Below are positions 46,850-60,945 of a stretch of 64,000 nucleotides of DNA, piece after piece. The stretch lies in the NCBI GenBank assembly GCA_030390025.1, contig CM059432.1, forward strand, positions 115,756,001 to 115,820,000, read 5' to 3'. The stretch is from Squalus acanthias (lineage: Eukaryota). Positions within the stretch are counted from its first letter, which is position 1. Each line of letters begins with the position of its first letter. The notes beneath the pieces were generated by a model. The model made no database searches. It worked only from the letters and a program-made list of their open reading frames with translations, and was not told where the DNA came from. Both the position numbers and the translations under genes were made by a program.

Positions 46850-49275
46850 GCATGGTATCAGCATTCTGCAGTCTACCCTGGAGTGTGTGGCCACCTTACC
46901 CAGGGATGCTGCAGTCAGGTCCTCACAAAGCAAGTCAGTGTCACCAGCCTTTGCAGCTTTGGTAGAAGCTCAAATGGCTGCCTTGCAAACTCTGGGCTCA
47001 CACCTGTGCTTCGTCTTGGAGAGGCAGATGTCTGCCTTGGAGAGATTGGTGCAACAAATAGATGGGGGCTTTCAAGGTGTCATTCATCATCTGCAGCCTG
47101 CTGTCCCGCAGATGAATGGAAGCAATGAGATGATGGGAGCAGTACACCTTGCCCTCTCTCAGGATGTCAGAACTTCTGCTCCTTCACCACCCCCTCAACC
47201 AATAACCGACGTGGTGCCAGGCGGCCAACTGGGCCAGACTGGCCGGCAGCAGCTGAGGTGCAGCAGCCTTACCCTCACAAGCTCAAGCATCCAGAGGTCA
47301 CTGGCCACGATCATCTCAAGGGCCCCAACATGAGCAAAAGCTGCCTTTCACCAGCTTTGCTGAGGCCATTAGGGGAGTACCTCTTAGGAGTAGTAGAATT
47401 AGGAAACCTTATAAGAAAGGCATCATGGGTTGACACTTGGGTGAGAAATGAATGAAATGCAATTATTGTACTCGGAGTTAAATTCATCAGCGTTTATCAC
47501 ATTTGGCACTTTGGTCGGCAGTGTGGTTTTATAGCAGCTTCTGAGTCTGCGTTATCAGTATGTCACTGATATAGCAGCTGGCTGAATGGGTTAAATGATC
47601 CTTAATGCAGGATTAAGCGAGTGATGAAGGATCTAACAGGACTGTTAATGCAAAGGGGCTCTGTGTAAGTTTTCTGGGCAGGAGAATGAGCAGGTCACCG
47701 GAATCGCTGAGCAATTAACTCATCCCTCACATCTCTTGCTACAAGGGTTTAGGTGGCTCTCCTACTGCTGTCTTGCCTTCCTCCTGGTCTTTCTCATTCC
47801 ATGACGACATCTGTTGCTCTGCCTCCTCCAAATCCAGGCTTCTCTGTATGGCGAGGTTGTGCAGTATACAGCACATCACTACAATATGGGAGACTTTCTG
47901 AGGCATATTGTAGGGAGCCCCCAGACCTGTTGAGACACCTTGAGATTGCTCAGCAGCCCTATGGTGTGCTCAATAATCATCTTGGTGGTCCCCTGGCTTT
48001 GGTTTTACATATGTTGCTCGGGTGTGGTGCGATTGTGGAGGGGTGCTATGAGCTACGTGTATTGGGGGTATCCCTTTCCCCCAGCAGCCAGATGCCCCGT
48101 TCCTGAAAGGGTCAAGTATTGGGGGGCTGGTAGATTGTTGCAGGATAAATGCATAGTCACAGCTGCCTGGGTACCTTGCACAAACTTTTACAATCCTGTT
48201 TCTGTGATTGGACATGACCTGGGCATCAATGGAGTGGTAGCTTTTTCTATTAATGAATGCTAGTGTTCTGGTGCCCTGATGACAAAATGTGGCCTGGACA
48301 TGAGAGAAACCAGCCACTGCTGTAAATCTGCGAGCTCTCTCGGGTTGACTGTTGAGGTCAAAGGGGAAAGTGATGTATTGATCAGCCCCAGTGAACAGGG
48401 TGTTGGTGAGTTGCTGAGTGCAGCTATGTACGGCATACTGAGATATGTAGGAGATGTTCACTGTAGCCGACTGGAAGGAGCCAGTGGCAAAGAGGTTAAG
48501 AGCTATGGTGACTTTCACAGTCACTGGCAAAGCATGGCCTCCTGGTCCTGCAGGCAGCAGGTCCTGTTGAAGGAGGCTGCAGAGGTCAGCAATAGCTTGC
48601 CTGGAGAAGTGCAGTCACCTGATGCACAGTTCTTCAGATAGATTGAAGAAAGTGACTTCTGGCCTGCGCGTCCTTCGTGCTGCGTATGGTCTCTTATGAG
48701 CATCTCCCTTTATGTGCTGTCTTCTAATAGGCACAGAAGCTACCGGTGCTGATTGCTGAGGCTGCTGCAGCTCCTCTTCCTCCAATCATTCCTCCATCCA
48801 AATGAACCTGCCGATAATAGCACCCATGATAAGCAGATGGAGCTTATTAAGGGTAAGTAAGGCAAAAATGATAGAAAGAAATGATCTGGAAGCTGGAACC
48901 TCTCCTGACAATCCAAGCAGCACAATGGCACTCAGATCTTAGGATCCAATTACCTGCAGTTCAATGCCCCTTTAAATACTGCCACAGCACTCCGAGAGAC
49001 CAATCACACTATGTTTTACTGACACGTTGGTTACTGGGCATGACTTCCGCGAAAAATGGCTTCGGGATCCTAATTTCCTCATCGGTCCCGCGGTTGACAT
49101 GTATTCATGAGGCTCCTGACTGCCTATGGCGGGTGCCTCGGCCGACTCAGAGAACTGTGCGGTTATAATGGCAGCAGACGGGAATGTGTTGGGAATGCAG
49201 TGGTAAGTACTCTACTGCTAATTTAACCACCCCAACCGCCATGCCCCCATTGGGCAGATAGGGTTTTTTTGGCCC
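46850..49275. mobile_element. Decayed Harbinger transposon (ORF2 C-terminus on +, transposase on -)
   Basis: 47970-48530 PVTVKVTIALNLFATGSFQ..FINRKSYHSI..ARYPGSCDYAFIL (HARBI1-like); GGCCC terminus at about 49275. Confidence 0.8.
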
Positions 49276-49759
49276 TAAAGTCTTGACTCACCCAGTGTAA
49301 CGCTACAGGAGATCCACTAGTATACATTAAATATCTTACTTCTATACACACTTCCTGTCTGTAAAATCTTACATCTTGGTGTTATGTTTTTGTAACATTT
49401 TTGTGTCAAATTTTGCATTATACGTTCCTATGTCCACAGTTAGAATGGAAACAGCAGATATAAACTTGTCATCCTGTAATTACACCCTCTTGCCAGTGGT
49501 GGTGCTCTAGCACCTCAGTTTTGCATCTCTGACTGTTACATCCCTGCGTTAGTCTATCATATAAATAGATATTGGGCAGCACAGGCACACTCGTGAATGT
49601 AAGACATTCAGACCGCATATGAGAATGATCAGCACCACTGTGACTCAGAAATATCTTAAAATCCTACGTTTGCGCACCCTGCTCCAATTATAGCTGCTTC
49701 ATCTGAAAGCGACACTTGGTCTTGACTCCTTGGGGTCACTTCTATCGTCTGGTGGTAAT

Positions 49760-50270
49760 GGTCTCAAAATAGGTTTGGTAGCCTTACCGCCATGTTAACA
49801 GAGACGAAAAGGTTGGCGCCATTTTGACCGGGCTTACCGCTGGGTGCCAGAAGCACCCAGCTGTCTCAGGCGCAAATCAGGGTCCTAGCACCCTAATTGC
49901 CATTCCAAGTCAGAACTGGTCGGAGTGTGCCATCACACGGACAGTGGAGCCCAAGAGGCCCAGCCACGGGAAGTTTGGAATTATTTTTGTGGGGCCCGGA
50001 AGAGTTCCTCTGGGACCCACAAAAGTAATCTGGGCTGCTGCCGCACCGGGACACCTCCCCGAAGTCTGCAATCGCAACCTCGCTCCTGAACTTACTCGCT
50101 GGCGACTGGGGATGCTCGATATTGAGAGGACTCAATCCAGCGATCCGCATGGTGACGCCAGCTTGGCACCCCCCAGCTCGCTGGCCCAATGTTACTGAGG
50201 CTAGTGCCTCAAAACCGCGGGTATGGGCAACTGGCCGGCACACTCCGTCTAAAAGTCAAAGTCGAACCCC
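49760..50270. mobile_element. Probable Harbinger-type MITE, old
   Basis: Degenerate GG..AAAAT / AAAGTCGAACCCC ends; internal hairpin at 49980-50029; related fragment at about 57465. Confidence 0.5.
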
Positions 50271-50754
50271 TTGTTTGCAACATAATGGTAGGTTGACTGG
50301 TAAATTAAAAAATATTTACCATTACCTTTACTATTTTCCGATATCCCAATTCTAGTACCAGCTTAGCCCCTTAGCTTTCCTCATACTGTTTTAGTTATTT
50401 TAACTGTTTTTTATACTTTCTCTACTTTCCTGGCAACTTAGCTTTTTGTACATTGTGTAGTACCTTTCTTATGCTCTCTTATTCAACCATAGTCTCAACC
50501 CTTCTCTTTCTCCTGCGGATGTATGAGAGTTCTTTTTCCTTCAACAATGTTTTAAAAATACTTAATTTAGTGACCATTACCCAATCCACCATCTCCAAGT
50601 CTTTCTTTGTGTCTCTAAATTTTGCTCCACTAAATTAGATACTAACATTAGTTTAAAGTCATGTCACAATGATCACTGATTCAGATCTGCACCTACATCA
50701 AAATTACACCGCCTCTGGCTCACTACTGAATATTAAATCCAATAAATTCTCCTC

Positions 50755-51278
50755 TCTAGGTGGTAGAGGTCGTGGGTTTGGGAGGTGCTGCCGAAGAAGC
50801 CTTGGCGAGTAGCTGCAGTGCATTTTGTAGATGGTACACACTGCAGCCACGGTACGCCGGTGGTAGTGGGAGTGAATGTTTAAGGTGGTGGATGGGGTGC
50901 CGATCAAGCGGGCTGCTTTGTCTTGGATGGTGTCAAGCTTCTTGAGTGTTGTTGGAGCGGTACTCATCCAGGCAAATGGAGAGTATTCCATCGCACTCCT
51001 GACTTGTAGATGGTGGAAAGGCTTTGGGGAGTCAGGAGGTGAGATACTCGCCGCAGAATACCCAGCCTCTGACCTGCTCTTGTTGCCACAGTATTTATGT
51101 GGCTGGTCCGGTTAAGTTTCTGGTCAATGGTGACCCCAGGATGTTGATGGTGGGGGATTCGGCGATGGTGATGCCGTTGAATGTCAAGGGGCGGTGGTTA
51201 GATGCTCGCTTGTTGGAGATAGTCATTGCTTGGCACTTGTGTGGTGTGAATGTTACCTGCCACTTATCAGCCCAAGCT
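50755..51278 (-). mobile_element. LINE fragment (second family)
   Basis: WADKWQVTFTPHKCQAM; MEYSPFAWMSTAPTTLKKLD. Confidence 0.85.
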
Positions 51279-52564
51279 AATATAAACAATAGGATAGTGT
51301 ATTTTCTCCTCCCTCTGTCTTTCTCTTAGTGATTACAGTATGTGTCTCTTCTCTCTTGCTGCATCTCCCTCTCTCTATCTTTTTCTGCCTCTCTTTAGCT
51401 GTGTCTCTTTGTTTCTCACCGTGACAAGCTTTTTGAAGTAAAAATAAATAATTTTAAAAATGTTTAGTTGAAAACCCACTCAAAATTCATCATCCAGTTT
51501 GTACTCAAATCTTTTTCAGAAACACTCAAACTGAAATTCTGATATTCACAGAGGCACAGTGTGATTTATCTACTTAGAAAAACAAATAACAGTTTGCCTG
51601 AAATTCAAACGTAAAGCTTCAACAGGTACAGCACTGTCTGCTATGTTTGAAGCGGTTTTAGCCTTGGTGGATATGAGGTCAGAATATTGGCAGATGATGT
51701 TCGCAGTCTTGAAGCTCAGGGCAAAACAACACACTGAATAGCACATCACTGAGTTCATTCAGCCTGAGCAAGCAACCAGAAAGAGATGGAATTAGCGCCT
51801 GCTTTTCTAGGGGAGTCAAACTGATGCCATTTGCATTTCTACATATTTTTTAAAGACAACATTCGTGTACAAATTAGATACCTGTTTACCTATTACTATT
51901 GCTTCCACTCTCTCATATACAGAAAAGTCTATTCATTAAAAAAAAACTCAGGCAAAGTTTACCTCAACAAAGTTTTTGAAATTTGTTCTCTAGTTTTTCT
52001 TCAAATAATTTTAAAAAACAACCAAACAGATGCAGTTGAATGTTGGAGAGAAACATTGTATTGACTAATTGCTAATGCATCCTGAAAAATTGTGTATACT
52101 GCATTTCTCCAGCGCTGGCCTCCCGAGCTCCATACTACATAAACTCCAACTTACTCAGAACTCTGCCACTTATATCCTATCCCATAGTAAGTTCCATGCA
52201 CCTACCACTTCTGTGCTTGTCGACCTGCACTGGCTCTCCATCCCCCCAGTGCACCGACTTTAAAATCAAATCCCTTCACAGCCTTGTTTCACTCTTCCTC
52301 TGCCATCTTCTCCCACTCTCAGTCCTAACACATGCCCTTGGCTTTTGTGATTCTTGTCTGCTGTGTCCCTACCTTAGCTCTGTCCATTGTTGATCATCCA
52401 CCACACCCCTTTGGAATACTCTTCCTAAGCATCTCTACATTGCCACCTCTTCAATCATCCTCTCAGACACCGTTCATGATCTCTCTCCCACTTGGTGTTC
52501 ACCAGTCGGAAGCTTGTTACATGAAGGATATGATAAGTAACTGTATGTTATTCCATCCTGGTCA

Positions 52565-53210
52565 CTGACTGAGGCTGACCCAGACTGTTTGCAACGTTGA
52601 TGTTCTATTTGACCCTGAGATGAGCTTCCGACCACATATCCGCTCCATCACCAAGACCGCCTACTTCCACCTCCATAACATCGCTGGTCTCCGCCCCCGC
52701 CTCATCTCATCTGCTGCTGAAACCCTCATCCATGCCTTTTTTACCTCTAGACTTGACTATTCTAATACTCTCCTGGCCGGCCTCCCATCTTCCACCCTCC
52801 ATAAACTTGAACTCATCCAAAACTCTGCAGCCTGTATCCTAACTCGCACCAAGTCCCGTTCACCTATCACCCCTGTGCTCACTGACCTAAATTGGTTCTC
52901 GGTCAGGCAATGCCTTGATTTAAAAATTCTCATTCTTGTTGTCAAATCCCTTAATGGCCTCGCCCCTCTCTATCTCTGTATCCTCCTCCAGCCCTACAAC
53001 CCTCCGAGAACTCTGTGCTGCTCCAATTCTGGCCTCTTGCGGATCCCCGATTTTAATTGCTCCCACCACTGGCGGCCGTGCCTTCAGCTGCTTGGGCCCT
53101 AGGCTCTGGAATTCCCTCCCTAAGCCTCTCTACCTCGCCTCCTTTAAGACCCTCCTTAAAACCTACCTCTTTGACCAAGCTTTTGGTCATCTGTCACAAT
53201 ATCTCCTTGA
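52565..53210 (+). mobile_element. L2 LINE 3' part (older L2 remnants at about 52090-52500 and 53700-54170)
   Basis: AETLIHAFFTSRLDYSNTLLAGLP..QNSAACIL. Confidence 0.88.
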
Positions 53211-54789
53211 ACCATTTGGCAAAAGCATTGCGTATTCCACAGCTAGATGTTCTTCAATTAAAGGCATTTAATTCAAAACATTGTACTTTATTCATTTGGA
53301 AATTTTAGAAATATATTTTTGTTTTAGTATGCTATCAACTAGGCAAGTGGTCTTTACAAAAGTAATGTTATGTAATTGCACTGTTCATGATTTACCATCT
53401 GTACCGACCTGCTTTCTCCAACGTGGCAAGTTGCTTTCAGATTCATGGAATGAAAATGTGTAAAGAAAGATAAATGAACAGAGCTGCCTCTTTGAAGCTT
53501 TTGAAAGTTTTGGATGAGTGGAATTCCGGATGTGATCAATTCATTTCAAGGCTTACCTTGAACAGCAATGGATCTTGCTACTCACCCCAACCCCCAACAT
53601 GAATCAAAACAGACAAATTCTTCCACAAATGTGCTCATAATAGTTTATGTAATAGAATATATCACGCAATTAGTTGTAAAATAGTGCCTGTGCTGCCATT
53701 ACTCTACACTACACAAACTTGAAATCAACGACAATTTTGCCACCCACATCCAATCCAGTATAAAGTCCTGCTTAATTATTACCTCTGCCGTTGCTGATCT
53801 CCAACGGCTTCCTGTTCCAGTACATTAATTTAAAAATCCTCATCCTGGTTTGCAGATACCTCCATATCCTTGCTCTCCTTATCTCTGCAAACCCCTCCAG
53901 CCCAATGTCCGAGCTTACACCCTCTGCTTTTCTGAGCCTGGCCTGGAGTACAGTGCCTCTTCCCATCCATTAATTGCTGTCATTGTGGCCCTGCACCTCT
54001 GGACTTCTCTTCCTAAACCAATCCTCCGAGCTCCATCTCTCTCCACCATCAAAATCTCTTTGAGCATCTTCAGTACCTTCCCCCTGTTCAGTGTCTGATC
54101 TGCCCCTTTCTAAAGTGCTTTGGGACATTTCACTGCTTTGAAGGTATTACATAAGTCTAATTTATTGTTATTGTTGACCTCTATACAAAAAAGCAGTAGA
54201 GCAACAACAGTAAACAAAGGTGGCAATCATGTGTTCACAGGTGACACAGTCAGAATTCCAATGAGAGCTAACATAAAAGAAATAATTTTTTTTAGTGAAT
54301 TTTGTACTCGTCAAGATAAACTGTATCAGTGGAAAGAAAGAGATTAAGGAAGTTATGCATCTTCTGACAAGTCAAGCGACATTTAAACTGTGTTAATCTC
54401 AAAATTTCCCCAAATATGCAGTTCGCGGTTTAATTTTTTTAATGAAAACAGTGCTGAAACTTGTGACGTTAGTGTTGTGATCATAGAATCAAATTCAACA
54501 CATGATTTACCATGCTGTTTAGAATACTGTCTCACTAAGAATAAATTATTTTTGGTGTAATTGGAATTCGTGTGTTGTCACCACACTGCATGGTAATGCA
54601 CAGCTGGTATGATGAGTAATCTCTTTCATGCTCTGCTCTCCTAAAGCAAACAGAGTGGATCTTTAAAGTTTTGCCATCATCGATCAATGTGTTCTCTTTT
54701 TTCAGTTCAATGCATTACAAAACACATTTTCCAGATAAATCTGAATCATCAATTGGGCATGAAGATAATTTAACAGCGCTGTGTGAGAG

Positions 54790-55948
54790 GTGCTGTCAAG
54801 CGGCACTTACCAATAACCTGCTCACTGATTCTCAGTTTGGATTCCACAAGGAGCACTCGGCTCCAGACCTCATTACAGCCTCGGTCCAAACATGGACAAA
54901 AGAGCTGAATTCCAGGTGAGAGTGACTGCCCTTGACATCAAGGCACCATTTGACCGAGTGTGGTACCAAGTAGCCCTAGTGAAACTGAAGTCAATGGAGA
55001 TTGGGGGGAAAACGCTTCAGTGGCCGGAGTCATAGCTGGCTTTCAGCCCCAGGTCATTACTGCAGGAGTTCCTCAGGGCAGTATCCAAGCCCCAACTATC
55101 TTCAACTGTTTCATCAATGACCTTCCCTCCATCATAAGGTCAGAAGTGGGGATGTTCGCTGATGACTGCACAGTGTTGAGTTCCATTCGCAACTCCTCAG
55201 ATAATGAAGCAGTCTGTGCCCACATGCAGCAAGAGCTGGACAGCCTCCAGGCTTGGGCTGATAAGTGGCAAGTTACATTCGCGCCACACAAGTGTGAGAC
55301 AATAATAATCTCCAAGAGAGTGCCTAACCACCTCCCCTTGACATTCAATGGCACTAGCACTGCTGAATCCTGCTCCATCAACATCCTGGGGTCGGAAATT
55401 CAACTGGACCAACCACATAAATGCTGTGGCTACTAGAACAAATCAGAGGATGAGTATTCTGTGGCAAGCTGCTCACCTCCTGACTCCAGAAAGACTTTCC
55501 ACAACCTATAAGGCCCAAGTCAGCCATGTGATCAAATACTCTCCACTTGCTTGGATTGGTGCAGATGTGACAACACTCAAGAAGTTCAACATAATCCAGG
55601 AAAAAGTAGTCCACTTGCACTGCAGCAACTCGCCAAGGCTTCTTCGGCAGCATGTCCCAAACCCACAACCACCACCACCTAAAAGGACAAGGGCAGCTGG
55701 TGCATGGGAACATCATCACCACCAAATTCCCCTCCAAGTCACACAGCAACCCAACTTGGACATATATCGTTGTTCCTTCATTGTCACTGGGTCAAGATCC
55801 TGGAACTCAATCCTGAACAGCACTGTGGGAGTCCCTTCACCACACGGACTGCAGCGGTTCAAGAGGAAGGCCCACCACCACCTTCTCAACCAGGGGTGGG
55901 TAATAAATGCTGTCTTTACCAGTGAAACCCATATCCCGACAATGAATA
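54790..55948 (+). mobile_element. LINE RT and 3' end (second family)
   Basis: AGVPQGSIQAPTIFNCFINDLP..MFADD..WADKWQVTF. Confidence 0.85.
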
Positions 55949-55953
55949 ACAGT

Positions 55954-56676
55954 GGCCCGGATTTTTGGGGCCTATGACCGCGTACGTGCCCGTAGGCATG
56001 CGCTGCGCATGCACGAAAACCTGGAACTTGCGATCTGTCAAGAATCTTCCTGACAGAACCTCTGCATCCCCGGGAAATGGACATTCGCTGGCGGAGAGTC
56101 AGGCTATTTGCCCAACTCTTGCCCAGCGAATGCCCACGAAACTCTTATGCCGGTAAAAGCAGACGTAAGTCCTTCTTTTACCAGCCTAAGGGTGAAAATA
56201 AATATTAAAATAACATTTTTTCATCATTTTAACATTCAAAAACCTGTAAAATACGTTTGTGTTATTTTTGGTCCCTTGAAAAATGTTTAAATTTATTTTT
56301 CAAAAAATTACATTTTTGTTTTAAATGTTTAATTAAATTGTATTTTAATTAATTTTAAACATGTGATGATTTATTTTTATTTCACTGCTGTGATAGTGTG
56401 TTTTTTGGGTGATTCCTATTAGGCTTATGGGGAGTCCATACGTAAATGGAATCCCCATAAGCATAATGAGAATCCCCTTTCTGATTGGTTGGGCCGACCC
56501 ACGTGATCCCAGGGGTGCTTACGAACCGCATGCACCACTGAGATACATGGGCCTCTACGCAGGCCTACGCATAGAAGCCCAGGAGCGCGAGTGTCTGTGG
56601 ATCCAGAACCATCAGGTAGGTGCGTAGATTTATTGCGGTTCGGAGGTGGAAAGCCTCCGACCGCAAATTCAGGCTC
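55954..56676. mobile_element. Harbinger-type MITE related to 3564-4328
   Basis: Ends GGCCCGGATTT / AAATTCAGGCTC; flanks AGT/AAT; shares CCCACGTGATCCCAGGGG, GCATGCGC, GGTAGGTGCG and the AT-rich centre. Confidence 0.72.
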
Positions 56677-57764
56677 AATAAGTTGGCATTCTGTCCTACA
56701 TCTTCTGGATTGTCCCTATGATCCAGGACAAGGTTAAGCCTATATAGGCAATATATGAATCCTCACACACTATACTGTGTGTGAGATTTGATAGTAGAAG
56801 ACTCAATGGACCCATTCATGAGCTACCTCTGCGACCTCCTGTTTGCGGCTTGATGCTGTACTCCAGTTTTGTAAGACCAAAATTATTCTTCTTCTTTCCT
56901 TCTCTCATTCTATCTCTCCTTTCTCCTCTCCTTCCTTCTCTTCCTTCCTTTCTTGTGGAGTCAGGGGGAGGACTCCTGCTTCTCCTGGCACCACATTTAA
57001 AAAAAAATGTTTTAAAAACTTACCTTTTGTTGATGGCTGCTGAAGAATCCTAAGCGGGGCCTACCTCACTAATCAGGAACAAATTTTGTAGAGGGGTCCT
57101 TCGCCATTTGGCCACTTATTAACATATTTGAAGGGTTTAATGCTTGTTAAATGGTCCCCTCGAGTTTAGCAGAAATGTCTTTACTCGGTCGGTTGTCGGA
57201 GCATGGAATGCTTTGCAATAGGGAGTCATTGAGGTAGAGAGCATTGCATCTTTTAAGGAAAAATTGGACAGACATTTGAGGCTGAGTAGATGTAGAGCTA
57301 CTGGGAGAGCATTTGGCAATAGGATTAGTTTTGGATTGTCCTAGCAAAACGTCGGCACAGACATGATGGGACGAATGGCTCCATACGTGGTATAGTTCTA
57401 TGGCTCTATGATCCTTAAAGGGACCCTTGGAGGCTGCTCAGAAATTGGTCAAAGTTTCTTTTTATCTTTTATTTTTGTGGGACCAGGAGGAGCAGGAATG
57501 CTGTTTAGAAGTCGGCCATTTTCCTGCCGTCCCCAAACAGCGAGCTGCCTCGGAGCATTGTTTGGCACTCACAGCTCACCAACTGATGAGGTAAAGTAAA
57601 TTAAAGCATTTCAATGAGGCCCGGGCTTCAAAAGGTCGTGGCAACGGGTGGGCAACGGGTGAGCACCTCAAGTTAAAATCACCCAAGTGTGTCTTTCCTT
57701 ATGAAATGTTACTTTAATTTTCAACACCAGTTGAATTTCTGAAGCCAGCTAATTACCTTACCCG

Positions 57765-58228
57765 TGCTCGGTATTCTGCGGCGAGTGTCTCACCTCCTGA
57801 CTCCCCAAAGCCTTTCCACCATCTACAAGGCACAAGTAAGGAGTGTGATGGAATACTCTCCACTTGCCTGGATGAGTGCAGCTCTAACAACACTCAAGAA
57901 GCTCAACACCATCCAGGACAAAGCAGCCCTGCTTGATTGGCACCCCATCCACCATCTTAAACATTAACTCCCTCCACCACCGGCGTACTGTGGCTGCAGT
58001 GTGTACCATCTACAAGATGCACTGCAGCAACTTACCAAGGCTTCTTCGGCAGCACCTCCCAAACCCGCGACCACTTCCACCTAGAAGGACAAGGGCAGCA
58101 GGCGCATGGGAACACCACCACCTCCAAGTTCCCCTCCAAGTCATACACCATCCTGACTTAGAAGTATATCGCTGTTCCTTCATCGGATGCCAGCCATGCC
58201 CACATCCCATAAACGAATAAAAAAAAAT
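57765..58228 (+). mobile_element. LINE 3' end (second family)
   Basis: LGILRRVSHLLTPQSLSTIYKAQVRSVMEYSPLAW; A-rich tail. Confidence 0.85.
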
Positions 58229-60520
58229 TGACAGTTACAAAAGGTTCATGCTAATGGATTCCAGCTGTGAGATAAATACTCTGAGAGGGAGAAACTGGAG
58301 GAAAGCTGTCAGATTCAGGTTGGGAACAGGATGGAGCGCTTATACAACTGTGAGCTTTTGCAGACATTCTGATAACTTGAAAGGACTATTGCTTGGTCGC
58401 ATCTTCTGATTTACAAGTCAGGGAGCACCTTTCTGAGATGAATGCCTTTTTGTGTCCTTCAGTGGAGTTGGACATTTACAAAAAGAAACATCTGAAGAGC
58501 AGCCTGGCACCTCCAGAGGGATCCCTTTCCCACCTGATTCACTCCCTCCGGCATTGTTCAAACAGTAACTGAGTGAATCACAGAACATCAGTGAGCAGGA
58601 GGAACTGGCTCATTCAGCCCACCTGGTCTATGCCGGTGTTTATACTCCACACAAGCCTCCTCCTACTCTAATTACCTCTCCCCACCCTGCCGCTCTATCC
58701 CTCTATTCTCTTCGCCCTCATATATGCATCAAATCTCCTGTAAATGTGTCAATGCTGTCTGCTTCAACCAAGTTCCACTTTCTCACCACTCACGGTTTGC
58801 GAGATTTTCTACGAGAGTCGTGTACCTTCTATTTGTCCATTTGTTGGTAAAATGGTCAGACAAAAAACAGAAGGTGTGAGTGTTTTTTAATTGTCATGTG
58901 TGCTTTATTTCCTTGGTTACTGTTTATCTGCTAATGGTGCATAGCGCGGGTGAAAATGCAAGACTTCAGCACCATGGAAACAGCAGCAACATTGTACGGA
59001 GAGGGGAGCTGTCAACCTGTGCTCCAGGTTAGCAGAAGAAAGCAAGCTTTTGCACTGAATGGTGATAAATGTTTGGTAAGTAAATATACACGTGAAGTGC
59101 ATTTACCTGGATTGTGTGCAAGACGTTTTCTACTAAAATTAATGCATGTGGCTAAAACGGTGTCGCTGTAGCCTTTCCTGTGGCTAATCAGCAATTTCTA
59201 TTGGACAACTCTATTGTAAGGACATCGTATGGTGACGGAAAAGTAATTTATTAACAAGGTAACAAAACAGAACACAATACTCTGTCCACAGCAACAGAAC
59301 AAGGCTCATTGACACTAATTAAAATATTACATTAGAGGCAAACACTAGTTCCAATAATACATCTTTATCATACTGTGAAATTACATTCACAATAAATCTG
59401 CCTATTTTTACTATCGATGCAGTTAGACAGAGAGAGAGCGACTTAAGTAAACAGCCAAGAAGCAAAAGAAGAAAAAGGTAAGGGGCTACCTGTCTGATAC
59501 CCGGCCTCAGACACCTGGGGCGGGGGTGGGGGGGGCAAAATTGGGCTCAGTGGCGCCTGTTTTTTGGCGCTACGAGGTCCCTTAAGGCTCCAAAATGACG
59601 TCCGCGGCGCACGCACACTTCTGACCCGAAGTGCGCTGGATGCCATATTGGTAAATGAGTTAGCGTCCGCACACCTAACATCCGCTGGCAGCATGCAGAG
59701 CAGGCAGATCATATCATCAATCAGCATGCAACGCTAATTTGATGCCAGCGGTGCCATTTTGGACCTCCATGCTCCAGCCTACGCCCCCCTTAACCTCGCA
59801 CAGCTGAACACAACGTTAAACAGCATGAAGGAGCCCCCACCAACGCTATTTAAAGGGATCATCAATGACTTACAGGTTAGTTGCTGGTTGATTTCATTTG
59901 GCTGTTGCTACAATTCTACACGTTTTTGGTGCTTTCCAATGAGGAGAGGCCACGCAGAGCAGGACAAGCTTCTAGAAGAGGGAGGAGGAGGAGTGGGTGG
60001 GGGGGAGAAGGGCTCTCAGCAGTAGGCCATGTCCACAGAGGGTGTTTAGGGAGCAATTCTCTTACCTCAACTTCAGCGATGACCAATGTTTGAGATGGCT
60101 GCGCTTCACTAAGGAGGTCGTCACTGAAATCTGCCAACTGCTGCAGCATCAACTCCAACCTCAGAGCAGAACAAGGACCGCATTGGTTGTCAAGGTGACC
60201 ATGGCTATGAACTTTTATGTGTCTGGCTCCTTCCAGGCTGCTGCTGGAGATATAAGCAACATCTCGCAGTTTGCAGTGCACTGCTGCATAAGGGACGTCA
60301 CTGAGGCTCTCTATACACAGAGAGAGACAGTTTAATCTCATTTCCTCTTGCCAGAGAGAAGCAGGCGGATCAGGTACAAGGATTTGCATGGATTGCAGGG
60401 TTCCTCATGGTGCAGGGTGCCAATGACTGCATGCATATTGCTTTGCGTACACCTCATGTCAACTCTGCCATGTACCTGAACCAATAAGGATTCCACCACC
60501 TCAATGTGCAGCTGGTGTGT

Positions 60521-60945
60521 GGCACCCCATCCACCACCTTAAACATTCACTCCCTCCACCACCGGCGCACCGTGGCTGCAGTATGTACCATCTACAAGAT
60601 GCACTGCAGCAACTCGCCAAGGCTTCTTCGGCAGCACCTCCCAAACCTGCGACCTCTTCCACCTAGAAGGAGAAGGGCAGCAGGTGCATGGGAACACCAC
60701 CGCCTCCAAGTTCCCCTCCAAGTCACACACCATCCTGACTTAGAAATATATCACCGATCCTTCATCATCGCTGGGTCAAAATCCTGGAACTCCCTTCCTA
60801 ACAGCACTGTGGGAGTACCTTCACCACACGGACTGCAGCAGTTCAAGAAGGTGGCTCACCACTACCTTCTCAAGGGCAACTAGAGATGGGCAATAAATAC
60901 TGGCCTTGCCAGCGACGCCCACATCCCATAAACAAACAAAAAAAT
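60521..60945 (+). mobile_element. LINE 3' end (second family) inserted in the transposase
   Basis: HSLHHRRTVAAVCTIYKMHC; tail GCCAGCGACGCCCACATCCCAT plus A-rich end. Confidence 0.85.

Noticed and set aside
47970..48530. Domesticated HARBI1 or NAIF1 host genes (also 13330-15474 and 59997-61295)
   Set aside because: Multiple frameshifted copies with convergent ORF2, TIR remnants and nested insertions indicate transposon relics
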